Source: Simkaniaceae bacterium (GTDB lineage: Bacteria > Chlamydiota > Chlamydiia > Chlamydiales > Simkaniaceae). Taken from it: a stretch of DNA of 64,000 bases. Position 1 is the stretch's first letter; every line of letters begins with the position of its first letter. The notes below the pieces were generated by a model. That model made no database searches. It was not told where the DNA came from and saw only the letters and a program-made list of their open reading frames with translations. The position numbers and the translations under genes were made by a program. Below are positions 11,609 to 21,265 of the stretch, piece after piece. The DNA is taken from contig JBFWSA010000002.1 in NCBI GenBank assembly GCA_050248615.1, positions 1-64,000 on the forward strand. The letters run 5' to 3'.

Positions 11609-12649
11609 ATGAGTCAGGTTCAAAATAATGTTTTACACAATTTTATTCAGCCAGCCCTTTTTATGACTGCAGCTTACTTTGCAGGAACAAAGCGCTTCAT
11701 TGAAACATTTCCAGGAGCCACACAAAATGGACTCCTCCTTTCTGCAGGAATCGGAAGTGTTTTTGCGTTAGGAAGCCAAAAATTTTCCGATGACACAGAA
11801 ACCCCCTATCATAGCTTAGCGCGCGCTATCATCAGTTTAGCTCTCGGCGCCATCGTCGCCCCTTATGCTGCCAAAGCCCTAAAAGGACGCGCCGATATCT
11901 CCCTGCCCGCAGCTCTCCGTTTAACCCTGTTAGAATCTGTTTTCGCTGGAGCCCTTGCTGGGATCTCTTCCCAAATGCAAACGACAACGCCCCCTCCCCC
12001 TAATCCCACCTTGCAAGAGATCCATGCCGCCTTTGTTAACGAAAACGCTAAGTGGCAAGCCCTCTCGAAAGAAGAGCGTAGCGCAAAAGCCAAAGCCTTC
12101 TATGACGCAGATCTTCTTCCGATTGCCACTCGTAGCGACCTAGAGTTTGATGTTGATCCGTTCATCCTAGACCCCGATTTTGATTCCTTAAGTGCTAACC
12201 AACTCCGTTGGTACTACCTCACCCCCCATATCTGGTCCAAGCTTTCGATAGAAAAGCTCTCAGAACTCGCTCAAGCCCTCTGCGATCAAAACATCACTAC
12301 TATTGCTGCCATGAACCCAACCTTCCGCGATGCCCTCTCTTGCAAAGATGGTCCTCTAGACCTGCTGCACCCTTACTATATTGAGCACCCTTTAGAGTTT
12401 TGGGCCTTCCCTAATTTTCAATTCTTTCAAGTTTTACTTGAAAACGAGAGAGGGAAAATACCCAAAATCAATGACGCTCTCAAAGCTAGCACACCAGAGA
12501 TCATTGCAGAGCTCAGCGAACGCGCTGTGCGGGATCTCCATGAACGCTTAGAGGGGAAAAAACTCAAAACTAAATGGGAATCTCTCCAGCCTAATCAGCA
12601 AGAAGCTTTCAACTTAAGATTTGCTGCATTGGGGCTCAAACAGCTCTAA
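11609..12649 (+). CDS. Array paralogue 1: Inc-like putative membrane effector
   Basis: MSQVQNN start, four hydrophobic segments, FPGATQNGLLL and KGRADIS motifs shared with the six neighbours. Confidence 0.6.
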   Translation: MSQVQNNVLHNFIQPALFMTAAYFAGTKRFIETFPGATQNGLLLSAGIGSVFALGSQKFSDDTETPYHSLARAIISLALGAIVAPYAAKALKGRADISLPAALRLTLLESVFAGALAGISSQMQTTTPPPPNPTLQEIHAAFVNENAKWQALSKEERSAKAKAFYDADLLPIATRSDLEFDVDPFILDPDFDSLSANQLRWYYLTPHIWSKLSIEKLSELAQALCDQNITTIAAMNPTFRDALSCKDGPLDLLHPYYIEHPLEFWAFPNFQFFQVLLENERGKIPKINDALKASTPEIIAELSERAVRDLHERLEGKKLKTKWESLQPNQQEAFNLRFAALGLKQL

Positions 12650-12657
12650 AATTTTTT

Positions 12658-12684
12658 AATCCCTGCGTGCAAACGCAGGGATTT
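12658..12684 (+). terminator. Intrinsic terminator
   Basis: AATCCCTGCGT-gcaa-ACGCAGGGATT. Confidence 0.7.
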
Positions 12685-12689
12685 CCCTC

Positions 12690-12718
12690 TAGACTTTTTC
12701 CTCTAATCTTTATATAAT
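12690..12718 (+). promoter_or_regulatory. Putative promoter of array gene 2
   Basis: TAGACT-N17-TATAAT. Confidence 0.65.
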
Positions 12719-12753
12719 TCCCCTGATTTTCAACTAAACCCACGGGGACTAGC

Positions 12754-14625
12754 ATGAGTCAAGTTCAAAATAATACTTTACACAACTTCGTGCAACCAGC
12801 ACTGATCTTAGGATCTGCTTTTTTAGCAGGACGCTATATTGCGCACTTTCCAGGAGCTTCGCAAGGGGGACTTCTCCTAACAGCAGCTCTCGGAACAGGA
12901 ACTGCACTTGTGAGTCAAAAATGGGCTTCCGCTAACGAACCCCCTTTTTATAGCTTTATGCGTGTTACGGCTAGCCTGGCTTTAGGAGCCATCGTCGCTC
13001 CTTATGCTGCCAAAGCCTTAAAAGGACGGGCTGATATCGCGATGCCCGCAGCTCTTCGTTTTGCAGCTGTTGAAACCGTTTTAGCGGCTGTTTTAGCTGT
13101 TGTCTCTTCGCGCATGACATCCATGCACGCTGAGCATGCCAAATATGCTAATGATCTCACTGCTTGGAAAGCTCTAGAAGAAAAAGAGCGCACAGCCCTT
13201 GCAAAACAATTCTTCGCAGCCGATCTTCCTCCCCTTTCTCTAGAAAGTGCCGATCTGGAAGATCAAACGTTTGCAGATCAAAAAGCGTTCGCTCAACTGA
13301 CACCGAATCAGCTCCTATGGCATGCACAAATGCACCTCCATGTAAAAGACTATGAACCTGCAGACCTTTTTGCCCTGAACAGTGCCCTCCAAGCGAAAAA
13401 TCTCCCCTTAACCTTTGTGGAAGAAGCCCCTAGTCAAGATCTGATTGACTTTGCGAAAGAAAAAGATACCTGCATCACCCTTCTCCATACTTTCTTTACC
13501 CAGCATCCTGTGCTGTTTGCAAAGGGACAAGATGAGGATTTTGATGTGCATGATCTCTTTGATGGAAAAAATCCCATTCCTACTCTCCAAGACTATGTCA
13601 AAGCCCTTACGCCAGACGCAATCCGCACGCTCAGTCAAGTAGAGCTCAATGAAATCGTTAAAGGAATGGGAGGAAGACGTCCTCTCTTTAAAGCCAAAGA
13701 CCTTTCCATGGAGCAGATCCTCGTATTCAATGCGACAGCTCATGCACAAGGCGCTTCAAAGATTTGGATCGAGAACATCACTGAAGAGTGCGTAGCTATT
13801 GTAGAAACAAACGCCGCTGTCTTAGAGTGGGTCTACGCAGAGTTTTCCACTTCTCTTATTGCCTTTGGACGTATTGAAGAGGGCTTAAGAGATCGCTTAA
13901 ACGCCGCCTTTAGAGGAGCACAAAAAGGAGAACTCGCCCCTAACGAAAATCCTCAAGCCTTAACAGCTGCGGAAATTAAAGAACTCTCTTACCGCGATAC
14001 AGCTGCTTTAAAAGGTTTAATTGATAATAGATTGCGTTTATCTACAGAACAACTTGTTGCCTTAAATACAAGGGCTCATGAACACCGCATCTACACCACC
14101 TGGATCTGGCCCATCTCTCAAGAAGTGGTTGATTTAGTGAAGGCTGATCCTAGAACTTTAGCCTGGTGTGAAGCTGAGTTTCAGCGTTTCCCTGTAGCTT
14201 ATGCAGCGATTCCACAAGGTCTGAGAGATCAGCTAAACCCTCTCTTTCAAGCTCCGATTCAAGATGCTGCAGAGATTTTAAGAGGGCTAAAAGTGGGCGA
14301 TATCAACAGATTCAACCAACCAAACGCTTGGGATTGGCAAACATATTTTGCAGCCTATCCCGATGCTTGGAAGGGGCTTTCTAATGAAATAGCCACAGCC
14401 TTTGTAAATGCCTTTATCCGCAATAGTATTCAAATGTTGCCTTTGGACGATAGGGAGCTTGACATAGCTCGCTTACAGCTTCCTCGGGCAGACGCCGTCC
14501 CTGCTATAGAGGCTAAACATGGCAACAAGATCCGTTGGATCCTTGCGATTCATGCGAAGACAAACTTCTTGGATGACCAACAGCCCCTCTTAACCGCTCT
14601 TCAAAAAAGAGCTGGTGAACTATAG
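12754..14625 (+). CDS. Array paralogue 2: Inc-like putative effector with a duplicated ~110-aa internal unit
   Basis: Shared N-module; unit LS.EQ..xN..AH...WI..I..E.V..V...L.W..AEF...GLRD.LN present twice. Confidence 0.6.
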   Translation: MSQVQNNTLHNFVQPALILGSAFLAGRYIAHFPGASQGGLLLTAALGTGTALVSQKWASANEPPFYSFMRVTASLALGAIVAPYAAKALKGRADIAMPAALRFAAVETVLAAVLAVVSSRMTSMHAEHAKYANDLTAWKALEEKERTALAKQFFAADLPPLSLESADLEDQTFADQKAFAQLTPNQLLWHAQMHLHVKDYEPADLFALNSALQAKNLPLTFVEEAPSQDLIDFAKEKDTCITLLHTFFTQHPVLFAKGQDEDFDVHDLFDGKNPIPTLQDYVKALTPDAIRTLSQVELNEIVKGMGGRRPLFKAKDLSMEQILVFNATAHAQGASKIWIENITEECVAIVETNAAVLEWVYAEFSTSLIAFGRIEEGLRDRLNAAFRGAQKGELAPNENPQALTAAEIKELSYRDTAALKGLIDNRLRLSTEQLVALNTRAHEHRIYTTWIWPISQEVVDLVKADPRTLAWCEAEFQRFPVAYAAIPQGLRDQLNPLFQAPIQDAAEILRGLKVGDINRFNQPNAWDWQTYFAAYPDAWKGLSNEIATAFVNAFIRNSIQMLPLDDRELDIARLQLPRADAVPAIEAKHGNKIRWILAIHAKTNFLDDQQPLLTALQKRAGEL

Positions 14626-14646
14626 GGCTCTAAGGACCAATACAAA

Positions 14647-14677
14647 AAACCCTGGTGAAAGCCAGGGTGTTCTTTTT
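14647..14677 (+). terminator. Intrinsic terminator
   Basis: ACCCTGG-tgaaag-CCAGGGT followed by GTTCTTTTT. Confidence 0.6.
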
Positions 14678-14700
14678 AAAAACTTAAGGGGAGGACCCTC

Positions 14701-15897
14701 ATGAGTCAAGTTCAAAATAGTACTTTACACAACTACGTGCAACCTGCGCTTATTCTCGGATCCGCTTTTTTATCAGGACGTTTTATTGAGCACTTTCCAG
14801 GAGCTTCACAAGGGGGACTTCTCCTCACAGCAGCTCTCGGAACAGGAACTGCGCTTGTTAGTCAAAAAGGGGCTTCCGCTAACGAAACCCCTTTTTATAG
14901 CTTTATGCGTGTCACAGCTAGCCTGGCTTTAGGCACCATCCTGGCTCCTTATGCTGCCAAAGCCTTAAAAGGACGGGCGGATATCGCAATGCCCGCAGCC
15001 CTCCGTTTTGCGGCTGTTGAAACCGTTTTAGCGGCTGTTTTAGCTGTTGTCTCTTCGCGCCTGGCCCCTCAAGGTCCAGATCTTCAAGCCGAGCATACCA
15101 AGTATGCAAACGATGCAGGTGCATGGGAAGCGCTAACGGAAGAGGCCCGCACAACCCTTGTAAAGCAATTTTACATAGCCGATCTTCCGGCAATTGATCT
15201 CTCAGATGCTCCCATTAAACAGGAAACGTTAGCGCAGTACCGTGACTTTCCCCGCATGAGTGCCCATCAACTCTCCTGGCATATTGAAGAGGCTTATTAC
15301 ATTGTGGATTATGTACCCCAAGATCTTTTCGGGCTCAACCTTGCTTTAAAAAGCAAAGGGTTAGAGCTTGCTTTTGATGGAGAGGTCGATCAAGCTATGA
15401 TTGATTATGCTCAAGGAAAACCCGATTGCATCAACCTCCTCCATGAATATTACATGGAAAATCCTGTTGATTTTGTAATAGACTCCGAGGACTCTTTTAC
15501 GATTGGCGATCTCTTCGCGGGGAAACTCCCTATCCCCACACTCAAAGAGCACCTGCAAACCCTCGATGCACAAGAGTTCCGTTCTTTTAATCAGGACCAG
15601 CTTCAATGTATTTATGATGCCATTGAGGAGGGCTCTTCTCTGCAACAAAAAGATCTCACCTTAGCGCAACAAATCGCCTTTAATACAGAGGCGCATAGTG
15701 AAGGGGTCAACACCCTCCAGATCTGGCCGATCACCCAAGAAGTAGTAGACTTTATTTTAGCCGATGACGACACCCTAGAGTGGTTCCATACTGAATACAA
15801 GGAAAAGAGAGCGCAATTTGAACAAATTGAGAGCACCTTGAGGGCAACGCTTAATGCTCAATTCCTTATAAAAGGAAAAGAAGTCATTGTGACCTAA
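14701..15897 (+). CDS. Array paralogue 3: Inc-like putative effector
   Basis: First ~120 aa nearly identical to paralogue 2; one copy of the ~110-aa unit. Confidence 0.6.
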   Translation: MSQVQNSTLHNYVQPALILGSAFLSGRFIEHFPGASQGGLLLTAALGTGTALVSQKGASANETPFYSFMRVTASLALGTILAPYAAKALKGRADIAMPAALRFAAVETVLAAVLAVVSSRLAPQGPDLQAEHTKYANDAGAWEALTEEARTTLVKQFYIADLPAIDLSDAPIKQETLAQYRDFPRMSAHQLSWHIEEAYYIVDYVPQDLFGLNLALKSKGLELAFDGEVDQAMIDYAQGKPDCINLLHEYYMENPVDFVIDSEDSFTIGDLFAGKLPIPTLKEHLQTLDAQEFRSFNQDQLQCIYDAIEEGSSLQQKDLTLAQQIAFNTEAHSEGVNTLQIWPITQEVVDFILADDDTLEWFHTEYKEKRAQFEQIESTLRATLNAQFLIKGKEVIVT

Positions 15898-15930
15898 GCT
15901 CCCAGAGTTTAAGGAGGGGGTATATTTTAG

Positions 15931-15959
15931 TAGATTTTTTTTTCCCCCCTCTCTATAAT
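15931..15959 (+). promoter_or_regulatory. Putative promoter of array genes 4-5
   Basis: TAGATT-N17-TATAAT. Confidence 0.6.
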
Positions 15960-15985
15960 TCTCCCCAATTTAACGGAGGATTTTC

Positions 15986-17899
15986 ATGGCTAGCGTTCAA
16001 AATTCTTTTTTAAGTTGCAAGACCCTTTTAGAACCCACTCTCTATATGGGGCTCGCCCTTTTAGCAGGCTCTACCCGCCTGATTGAAGTATTCCCGGGTG
16101 CCTCTCAAGAAGGCCTCCTCCTAGCAGGAGGGATGGGAAGCGCGTCTGCACTCCTCTATAATCGGATGTTTCATCACGAAGAACATAGCTATTTCAGAAC
16201 CCTTCTAGGAAAGGCAACGCTGATTGCTTTTGGAACCCTCTGTACAACGCTTATCGCCAAACCCTTAAAAGGGCGCGTCGAAATCCATTTCCCTTCAGCT
16301 GTAAAATTTGCCTTTGTGCAGCTATCAGTGGCTACAGTAACCACCTACCTTCTGCAAGAATCAGAACTCCAGCGCAAACACCGCCTCTACTCGGGAGCAG
16401 AGCAAAAAGCATGGCGTGGGTTACCAACAGACGAGCTTACAGCTCTTGTAAAAGAATTTTACGAAGGGGGCCTTCCCGCAATTAGCTTGTTAGAAGCACA
16501 AATTGGATGTGATTTCTTTGATCCCTATGACACTCTCATGGCGAATCTCCATCAGTATACTAAGGAGCAACTCAGCTGGTACCGGGAACTTCTTTCACAG
16601 GGTGGCTCTGATGAAAAATGCTTCTCTTTTATGAAGAGATGCACCGATGTCGGACTTCCGATGATTTTCTTCCCGATGGGTGAAAACGTGTATCACTTTA
16701 TCGAGAATAAGCCCCACTACATAGACTTAGTCTATGCGCAGTTTAAAGAAACCCCTATCTTCCCGTTTTTTTGTAAAGCAGACTTTACCCCTCTCTTCCA
16801 AGGGAAGCCTCCCCTTCCCTCTTTTGAAGAGGTCGTGAAAACTCTGGATGTTTCTCAAGTAGAAGGAATGGACCCTCAAGTGGTGATCATGTGGCATCAC
16901 GCCTTTAGAGATCAGAACCCTATCCATTGGGGCTATCTAAGTGCACCGATTCAGACCGCTTTTGTAAAGCGGTTCTTTGAGCTACAAGCCACACCCCCTA
17001 ACCTCTTCTTAGACCCTTCCCTAGATAAAGGGTGGCTGATTACCTACCTCAACGAAACGCCCGATCTGAGCAAGCATGTTTTTAATCTCGAATGGCTCCA
17101 CGTATTACTCCGAGAATCTCCCCAAGGGATCTCGTTTAAAAAAGTCTGCTATCTGAATCAAAATTGGCCAGGTATCATCCCTTATCCCATCACGCCTACA
17201 TGCATTGCCAAAGCAAAAGAAGATCCTGCACTTGTTGAGACGCTTAAGAGACAGTTTCAACATGCTAAATATGGAAACGATTTTGGCTTTCTTCAACTTC
17301 CCCTAGAGCAGCAAGAAGAACTCAGACAGGTGTTTGATGACCAAGCTTACCTTCTCCCCTACCGGGTAACACCAGAGCTCATTACGCAAGCAGAACAACA
17401 ACCACAACTTCTGGACCAGTTAAAAGGGCTGTTTGATCGAGGGATGGGAAGAGATTATGGATTGTTTGATTTGAGCCCCCCTGATCAAGAGAGATTACGC
17501 TTAGCTTTCGGTCATGATGCCTACCTTCTTCCCCAAAAATTGACCTCTGAGGTGGTTGCATCGGCACTGGAATCCCGAGAACAGCTGCAACTCCTAATGA
17601 GGCAGTTTCAAAGGAGTGAGCACCACTTTGATTTTGGGTTCTATGCCCTCCCCCTTGAAGACCAAATCGCTTTACTGAAGGCCTGTGACACGCCTCAGCA
17701 CCTTCCCCCTTTCCAATTATCGCCCGCGTTAGTCGCAAAAGCAGAGCAAGATCGAGATATCTTAGGGTTTCTTATCAACCAACATTATCATGCAGGGGGA
17801 AGAAACTTTGGCTTTAAAGAATTGCCTAAGGAAGACCAAACAAAATTAAGAGCCCTGTTTGAAGCTGAAAGGGCTGCACACTACTTACCTAAAGAATAA
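15986..17899 (+). CDS. Array paralogue 4: Inc-like putative effector with four ~60-aa QF..D[FY]GF repeats
   Basis: Shared N-module; repeats anchored at NDFGF, RDYGL, FDFGF and RNFGF. Confidence 0.6.
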   Translation: MASVQNSFLSCKTLLEPTLYMGLALLAGSTRLIEVFPGASQEGLLLAGGMGSASALLYNRMFHHEEHSYFRTLLGKATLIAFGTLCTTLIAKPLKGRVEIHFPSAVKFAFVQLSVATVTTYLLQESELQRKHRLYSGAEQKAWRGLPTDELTALVKEFYEGGLPAISLLEAQIGCDFFDPYDTLMANLHQYTKEQLSWYRELLSQGGSDEKCFSFMKRCTDVGLPMIFFPMGENVYHFIENKPHYIDLVYAQFKETPIFPFFCKADFTPLFQGKPPLPSFEEVVKTLDVSQVEGMDPQVVIMWHHAFRDQNPIHWGYLSAPIQTAFVKRFFELQATPPNLFLDPSLDKGWLITYLNETPDLSKHVFNLEWLHVLLRESPQGISFKKVCYLNQNWPGIIPYPITPTCIAKAKEDPALVETLKRQFQHAKYGNDFGFLQLPLEQQEELRQVFDDQAYLLPYRVTPELITQAEQQPQLLDQLKGLFDRGMGRDYGLFDLSPPDQERLRLAFGHDAYLLPQKLTSEVVASALESREQLQLLMRQFQRSEHHFDFGFYALPLEDQIALLKACDTPQHLPPFQLSPALVAKAEQDRDILGFLINQHYHAGGRNFGFKELPKEDQTKLRALFEAERAAHYLPKE

Positions 17900-17922
17900 C
17901 CAAATCCTGTGAGGACGTTATT

Positions 17923-20900
17923 ATGAGTTCTGTTCAACCCCCTCTACTCAGTCGCAAAACCTTAGTAGAACCCGCTCTCTACATGGGGCTCGCCCTATTA
18001 GCAGGCTCTACTCGCCTGATTGAAGTGTTCCCGGGGACTACGCGTGGAGGCCTCCTCCTAGGGGCGGGGCTTGCCAGCACCTCCTCATTGATTTATAACC
18101 GCACCCTGCATGATGACAGTCATCACTACTTCAGAACCCTTTTGGGAAAAGCAACCCTCATCGCCTGTGCAACCCTCTGCACCACTCTCCTTGCCAAATC
18201 CTTAAAGGATCGTGCCTCTATTTCTCCTCTTGCAGCAGCAAGATTAGGGGCGTTACAAGTGGCGATTGCGGCGGTAACGACTTTCCTCAATCAAGAATCA
18301 GAACTTCAGCGCAAACACCGCCTCTACTCGACTACAGAGCAAAAAGCCTGGCGCCGTTTAGAACTAGAAGAGCGCTCAGACCTTGCTAAAGCATTTTATG
18401 ATGCTGGACTCCCTGCCATCTCCCTTTTTGAGGCTCCCATCGACCCTAGGGATCGCTTTGATGAAATGGAAGAGGTGATGACAAATCTCAATCGCTACTC
18501 CAAAGAAGAACTCAGCTGGTACCGAGAATTCACAGAGTTTCATGAGACAGAGACATTCTTCCGTTTTGCTACCCGGTGTGTCGAACTGGGACTCTCCCCT
18601 CCCCTTCTTGAGCACTGCCGTGGGTACATTGAGGATTGTATCGAGGAAAATCCAGCTTACAAAGCATCTCTCTACCAATGGTTTCAAAACGACCCCCTCC
18701 TTTATCTTAGCAATCATTTAGACGTTGCCCGTTTATTCCCAGATAAGCGCCCCCTTCCCTCCTATGAAGAGGTTCTCAAAACTCTCGATGCTTCTACAAT
18801 CCCAGCCCTCCCCCCTGAAAAACTTAACGCCTGGTATCGCTGGTTCCGCGATCGGGGAGGTTGGGACGCCCAAAGCGAACCGGTGCGGACTGCATTTGTT
18901 CAACGCTTTGTCGAATTCGACGCCATGCATCCAGAAAGGCAGTTTATAGCCTTACCAGGAGATTTAACTTGGTTTAGAATTTGGTTTAAAAATCTTACCG
19001 ATGAAACTTTAAGTGAGCCCCCCTCAAAAAGTATGCAAGCGTGGTGCGTAGCACTCCTCCCCACCTTAGATCCCCAGCCCGAAATCCCTGCAGACAAAGC
19101 TCTCGCACTATTTGCCAAATACCAGATTGCCCTTCCTTTAGAGCTGACACCCGAACTCGTAGCTATTGCTGGTGATACAACTTCTGAACAGGGAGCGCGC
19201 GTTCTAGCCCATCTGCAACAGCAGTATCAACATCGAGACTATGAAAACGATTATGGCTTCTCGAAGCTTTCCTTTGCCGAGCAAAAAGCTCTTAACGCTG
19301 CCTTTGGGCACAAGGCTGACCATCTGCCTGGCTATACCCTCACTGCTGAAGTCGTTGCAGAAGCGCAGCGAGATAAGGAGCTGCTCCGCTCTTTAAAAGG
19401 ACAGTTCGGCTATTATGCCCACCACAATGACTACGGCTTCTCGAAGCTTTCCTTTGCCGATCAAAAAAACCTCAAAGGACTCTTTGGAGACGAAGCAGAT
19501 CGTCTCCCTGGCTACACTCTCACTGCTGAAGTCGTTGCAGAAGCACAGCAAGAAGAAGGACTTCTTACCTCTCTTAAACAACAATTTCAGGGCTATGGGG
19601 AAAAGGATTACGGTTTCTCAAGCCTTTCTTTTGCGGATCAAAAAGCCCTCAAAGTTCTCTTTGGAGAGGACGCAGGTCGCCTCCCTAAATACCATCTAAC
19701 GGATGATGCCGTTGTTGCTGCCACCACAGATCCCAAACTTCTTGCAGCCCTTATAGAGCAATTTACTCAACATCGCTGGGACAACCGCGACTACGGATTC
19801 TCAGAGCTTTCGGCTCAAAATCAAGTAAAACTTAAAGAATTATTTGGAAAGCACGCACAATCCCTACCCTCTTACCCCCTTTCTCATGACCTCATTGAAC
19901 TCGCTCAAGGTAACGCAACGCTTACTGACTCTCTAAAAGCTCAGTTTAGAAATCGGTATGGGAGAAGAGAAGATTATGGTTATTCTGAACTTGACTTTGC
20001 CGATAAAAAAGCCCTCAAAAAACTTTTTGGCTTAGAGCAAAATCTTCTCCCTCCTTATCCCCTCTCTCATGACCTCATCGCAGCAGCTCAAGGGGATGAG
20101 GAACTCATAGCCTCTCTAAATGCCCAGTTTGAACATAGAGAGAGAGAAGATTGTGGCTACTCTCAGCTCACACTGGACGATCAAATCCTCTTAAAAACCT
20201 TAGTCGATGAAGATGCTCAGCGAAACCTTCCCCCCTTTCTTTTAACAGCTGCATTAGTAGAAAAGGCTCAGGGAAGCCCTGATCTTGTTGCTTGCTTAAA
20301 AGTACAATTTACCCCTTCTCGTTATCATCAAATGAGTGGGGATTTTGGTTTCCTAGCTCTTCCTGAAGTCACTCAGCAAACCTTACGCGTTTTATTTGGT
20401 GATGAGGAAGAACTTCTCCCCTTGCGCATCACTTCAGCAATTGTTCAAGAAGTCCAAAGCAACCCCGCTCTCGTTAAGCGCTTAAAGAACCAATTTGCGC
20501 ATGGTGGTGGAAACGACTTTGGATTCTTTGCTCTTGACCCTATCGAACAAGCGACCTTTAGAAGTTGTTTTGTTGAGAATAGATCTGACTGGAGCGATCC
20601 CTTTAGAGCCTATCACATTCCTTACCCCATCACCCGTGAGTTGATTCAAGAGCAAGAAAGAAACTTTACCCTTAAAGACCATCTCATAAATCAGTTTGAG
20701 AACCGAAATCCTCAATATGATTTTGGCTTTTATGCGCTAGATCTCCCCACACAAAATAGACTCAGAACACTCTTTGGAGAGGACGCTACTATCCCCTATC
20801 AGTTCACCCCCGAGTTACTCCGTGCAGTACAAGGAAGCCCCCAGCTTAAGGACGCCCTTACTCGACAATTAGGAGGTTATGGAAGAGAGGATAACACTAG

Positions 20901-21171
20901 CTTTACCCAGCTCTCTATCCAGGATCGCCTCGCTTTCATTGCGCTTTATAAAGATGAGGAATACCCCCCCCATTTCCCTCCTTTCCAACTCACAGCCGAA
21001 GTGGTGACCCTTGCGGAAAGAAACCCCGATCTCGTTGCCCTTCTAAAGAATCAATTTGGTGGATGGGGACAGAAAGAGACCTATGGATTTCAGGAACTCT
21101 CTAAAGAGCGACGCGGGAAACTCAGAGAACTCTTTGGTGAAGAGGCCTATCGACTTCCTGAAGAAGTGTAA
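17923..21171 (+). CDS. Array paralogue 5: Inc-like putative effector with eleven ~60-aa repeats
   Basis: Shared N-module; 11 repeats; DNA near-identity at a 180-nt offset (19261 vs 19441, 19331 vs 19511). Confidence 0.65.
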   Translation: MSSVQPPLLSRKTLVEPALYMGLALLAGSTRLIEVFPGTTRGGLLLGAGLASTSSLIYNRTLHDDSHHYFRTLLGKATLIACATLCTTLLAKSLKDRASISPLAAARLGALQVAIAAVTTFLNQESELQRKHRLYSTTEQKAWRRLELEERSDLAKAFYDAGLPAISLFEAPIDPRDRFDEMEEVMTNLNRYSKEELSWYREFTEFHETETFFRFATRCVELGLSPPLLEHCRGYIEDCIEENPAYKASLYQWFQNDPLLYLSNHLDVARLFPDKRPLPSYEEVLKTLDASTIPALPPEKLNAWYRWFRDRGGWDAQSEPVRTAFVQRFVEFDAMHPERQFIALPGDLTWFRIWFKNLTDETLSEPPSKSMQAWCVALLPTLDPQPEIPADKALALFAKYQIALPLELTPELVAIAGDTTSEQGARVLAHLQQQYQHRDYENDYGFSKLSFAEQKALNAAFGHKADHLPGYTLTAEVVAEAQRDKELLRSLKGQFGYYAHHNDYGFSKLSFADQKNLKGLFGDEADRLPGYTLTAEVVAEAQQEEGLLTSLKQQFQGYGEKDYGFSSLSFADQKALKVLFGEDAGRLPKYHLTDDAVVAATTDPKLLAALIEQFTQHRWDNRDYGFSELSAQNQVKLKELFGKHAQSLPSYPLSHDLIELAQGNATLTDSLKAQFRNRYGRREDYGYSELDFADKKALKKLFGLEQNLLPPYPLSHDLIAAAQGDEELIASLNAQFEHREREDCGYSQLTLDDQILLKTLVDEDAQRNLPPFLLTAALVEKAQGSPDLVACLKVQFTPSRYHQMSGDFGFLALPEVTQQTLRVLFGDEEELLPLRITSAIVQEVQSNPALVKRLKNQFAHGGGNDFGFFALDPIEQATFRSCFVENRSDWSDPFRAYHIPYPITRELIQEQERNFTLKDHLINQFENRNPQYDFGFYALDLPTQNRLRTLFGEDATIPYQFTPELLRAVQGSPQLKDALTRQLGGYGREDNTSFTQLSIQDRLAFIALYKDEEYPPHFPPFQLTAEVVTLAERNPDLVALLKNQFGGWGQKETYGFQELSKERRGKLRELFGEEAYRLPEEV

Positions 21172-21182
21172 AAAAATCTGAC

Positions 21183-21214
21183 TCCAGCTCTAAATCTTTA
21201 GAGCTGGATTTTTT
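21183..21214 (+). terminator. Intrinsic terminator
   Basis: TCCAGCTCTAAA-tc-TTTAGAGCTGGA followed by TTTTTT. Confidence 0.75.
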
Positions 21215-21265
21215 CTTAGGATTTCTTTACACTATGTTAACTCTTAAAACTAAGATTTGGGGATC

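Noticed and set aside
19240..19700. 180-nt periodic DNA repeats as a CRISPR array or DGR template/variable pair
   Set aside because: They are in-frame coding repeats with no unique spacers, no adenine-specific mismatch pattern, and no cas or reverse transcriptase gene in the window.
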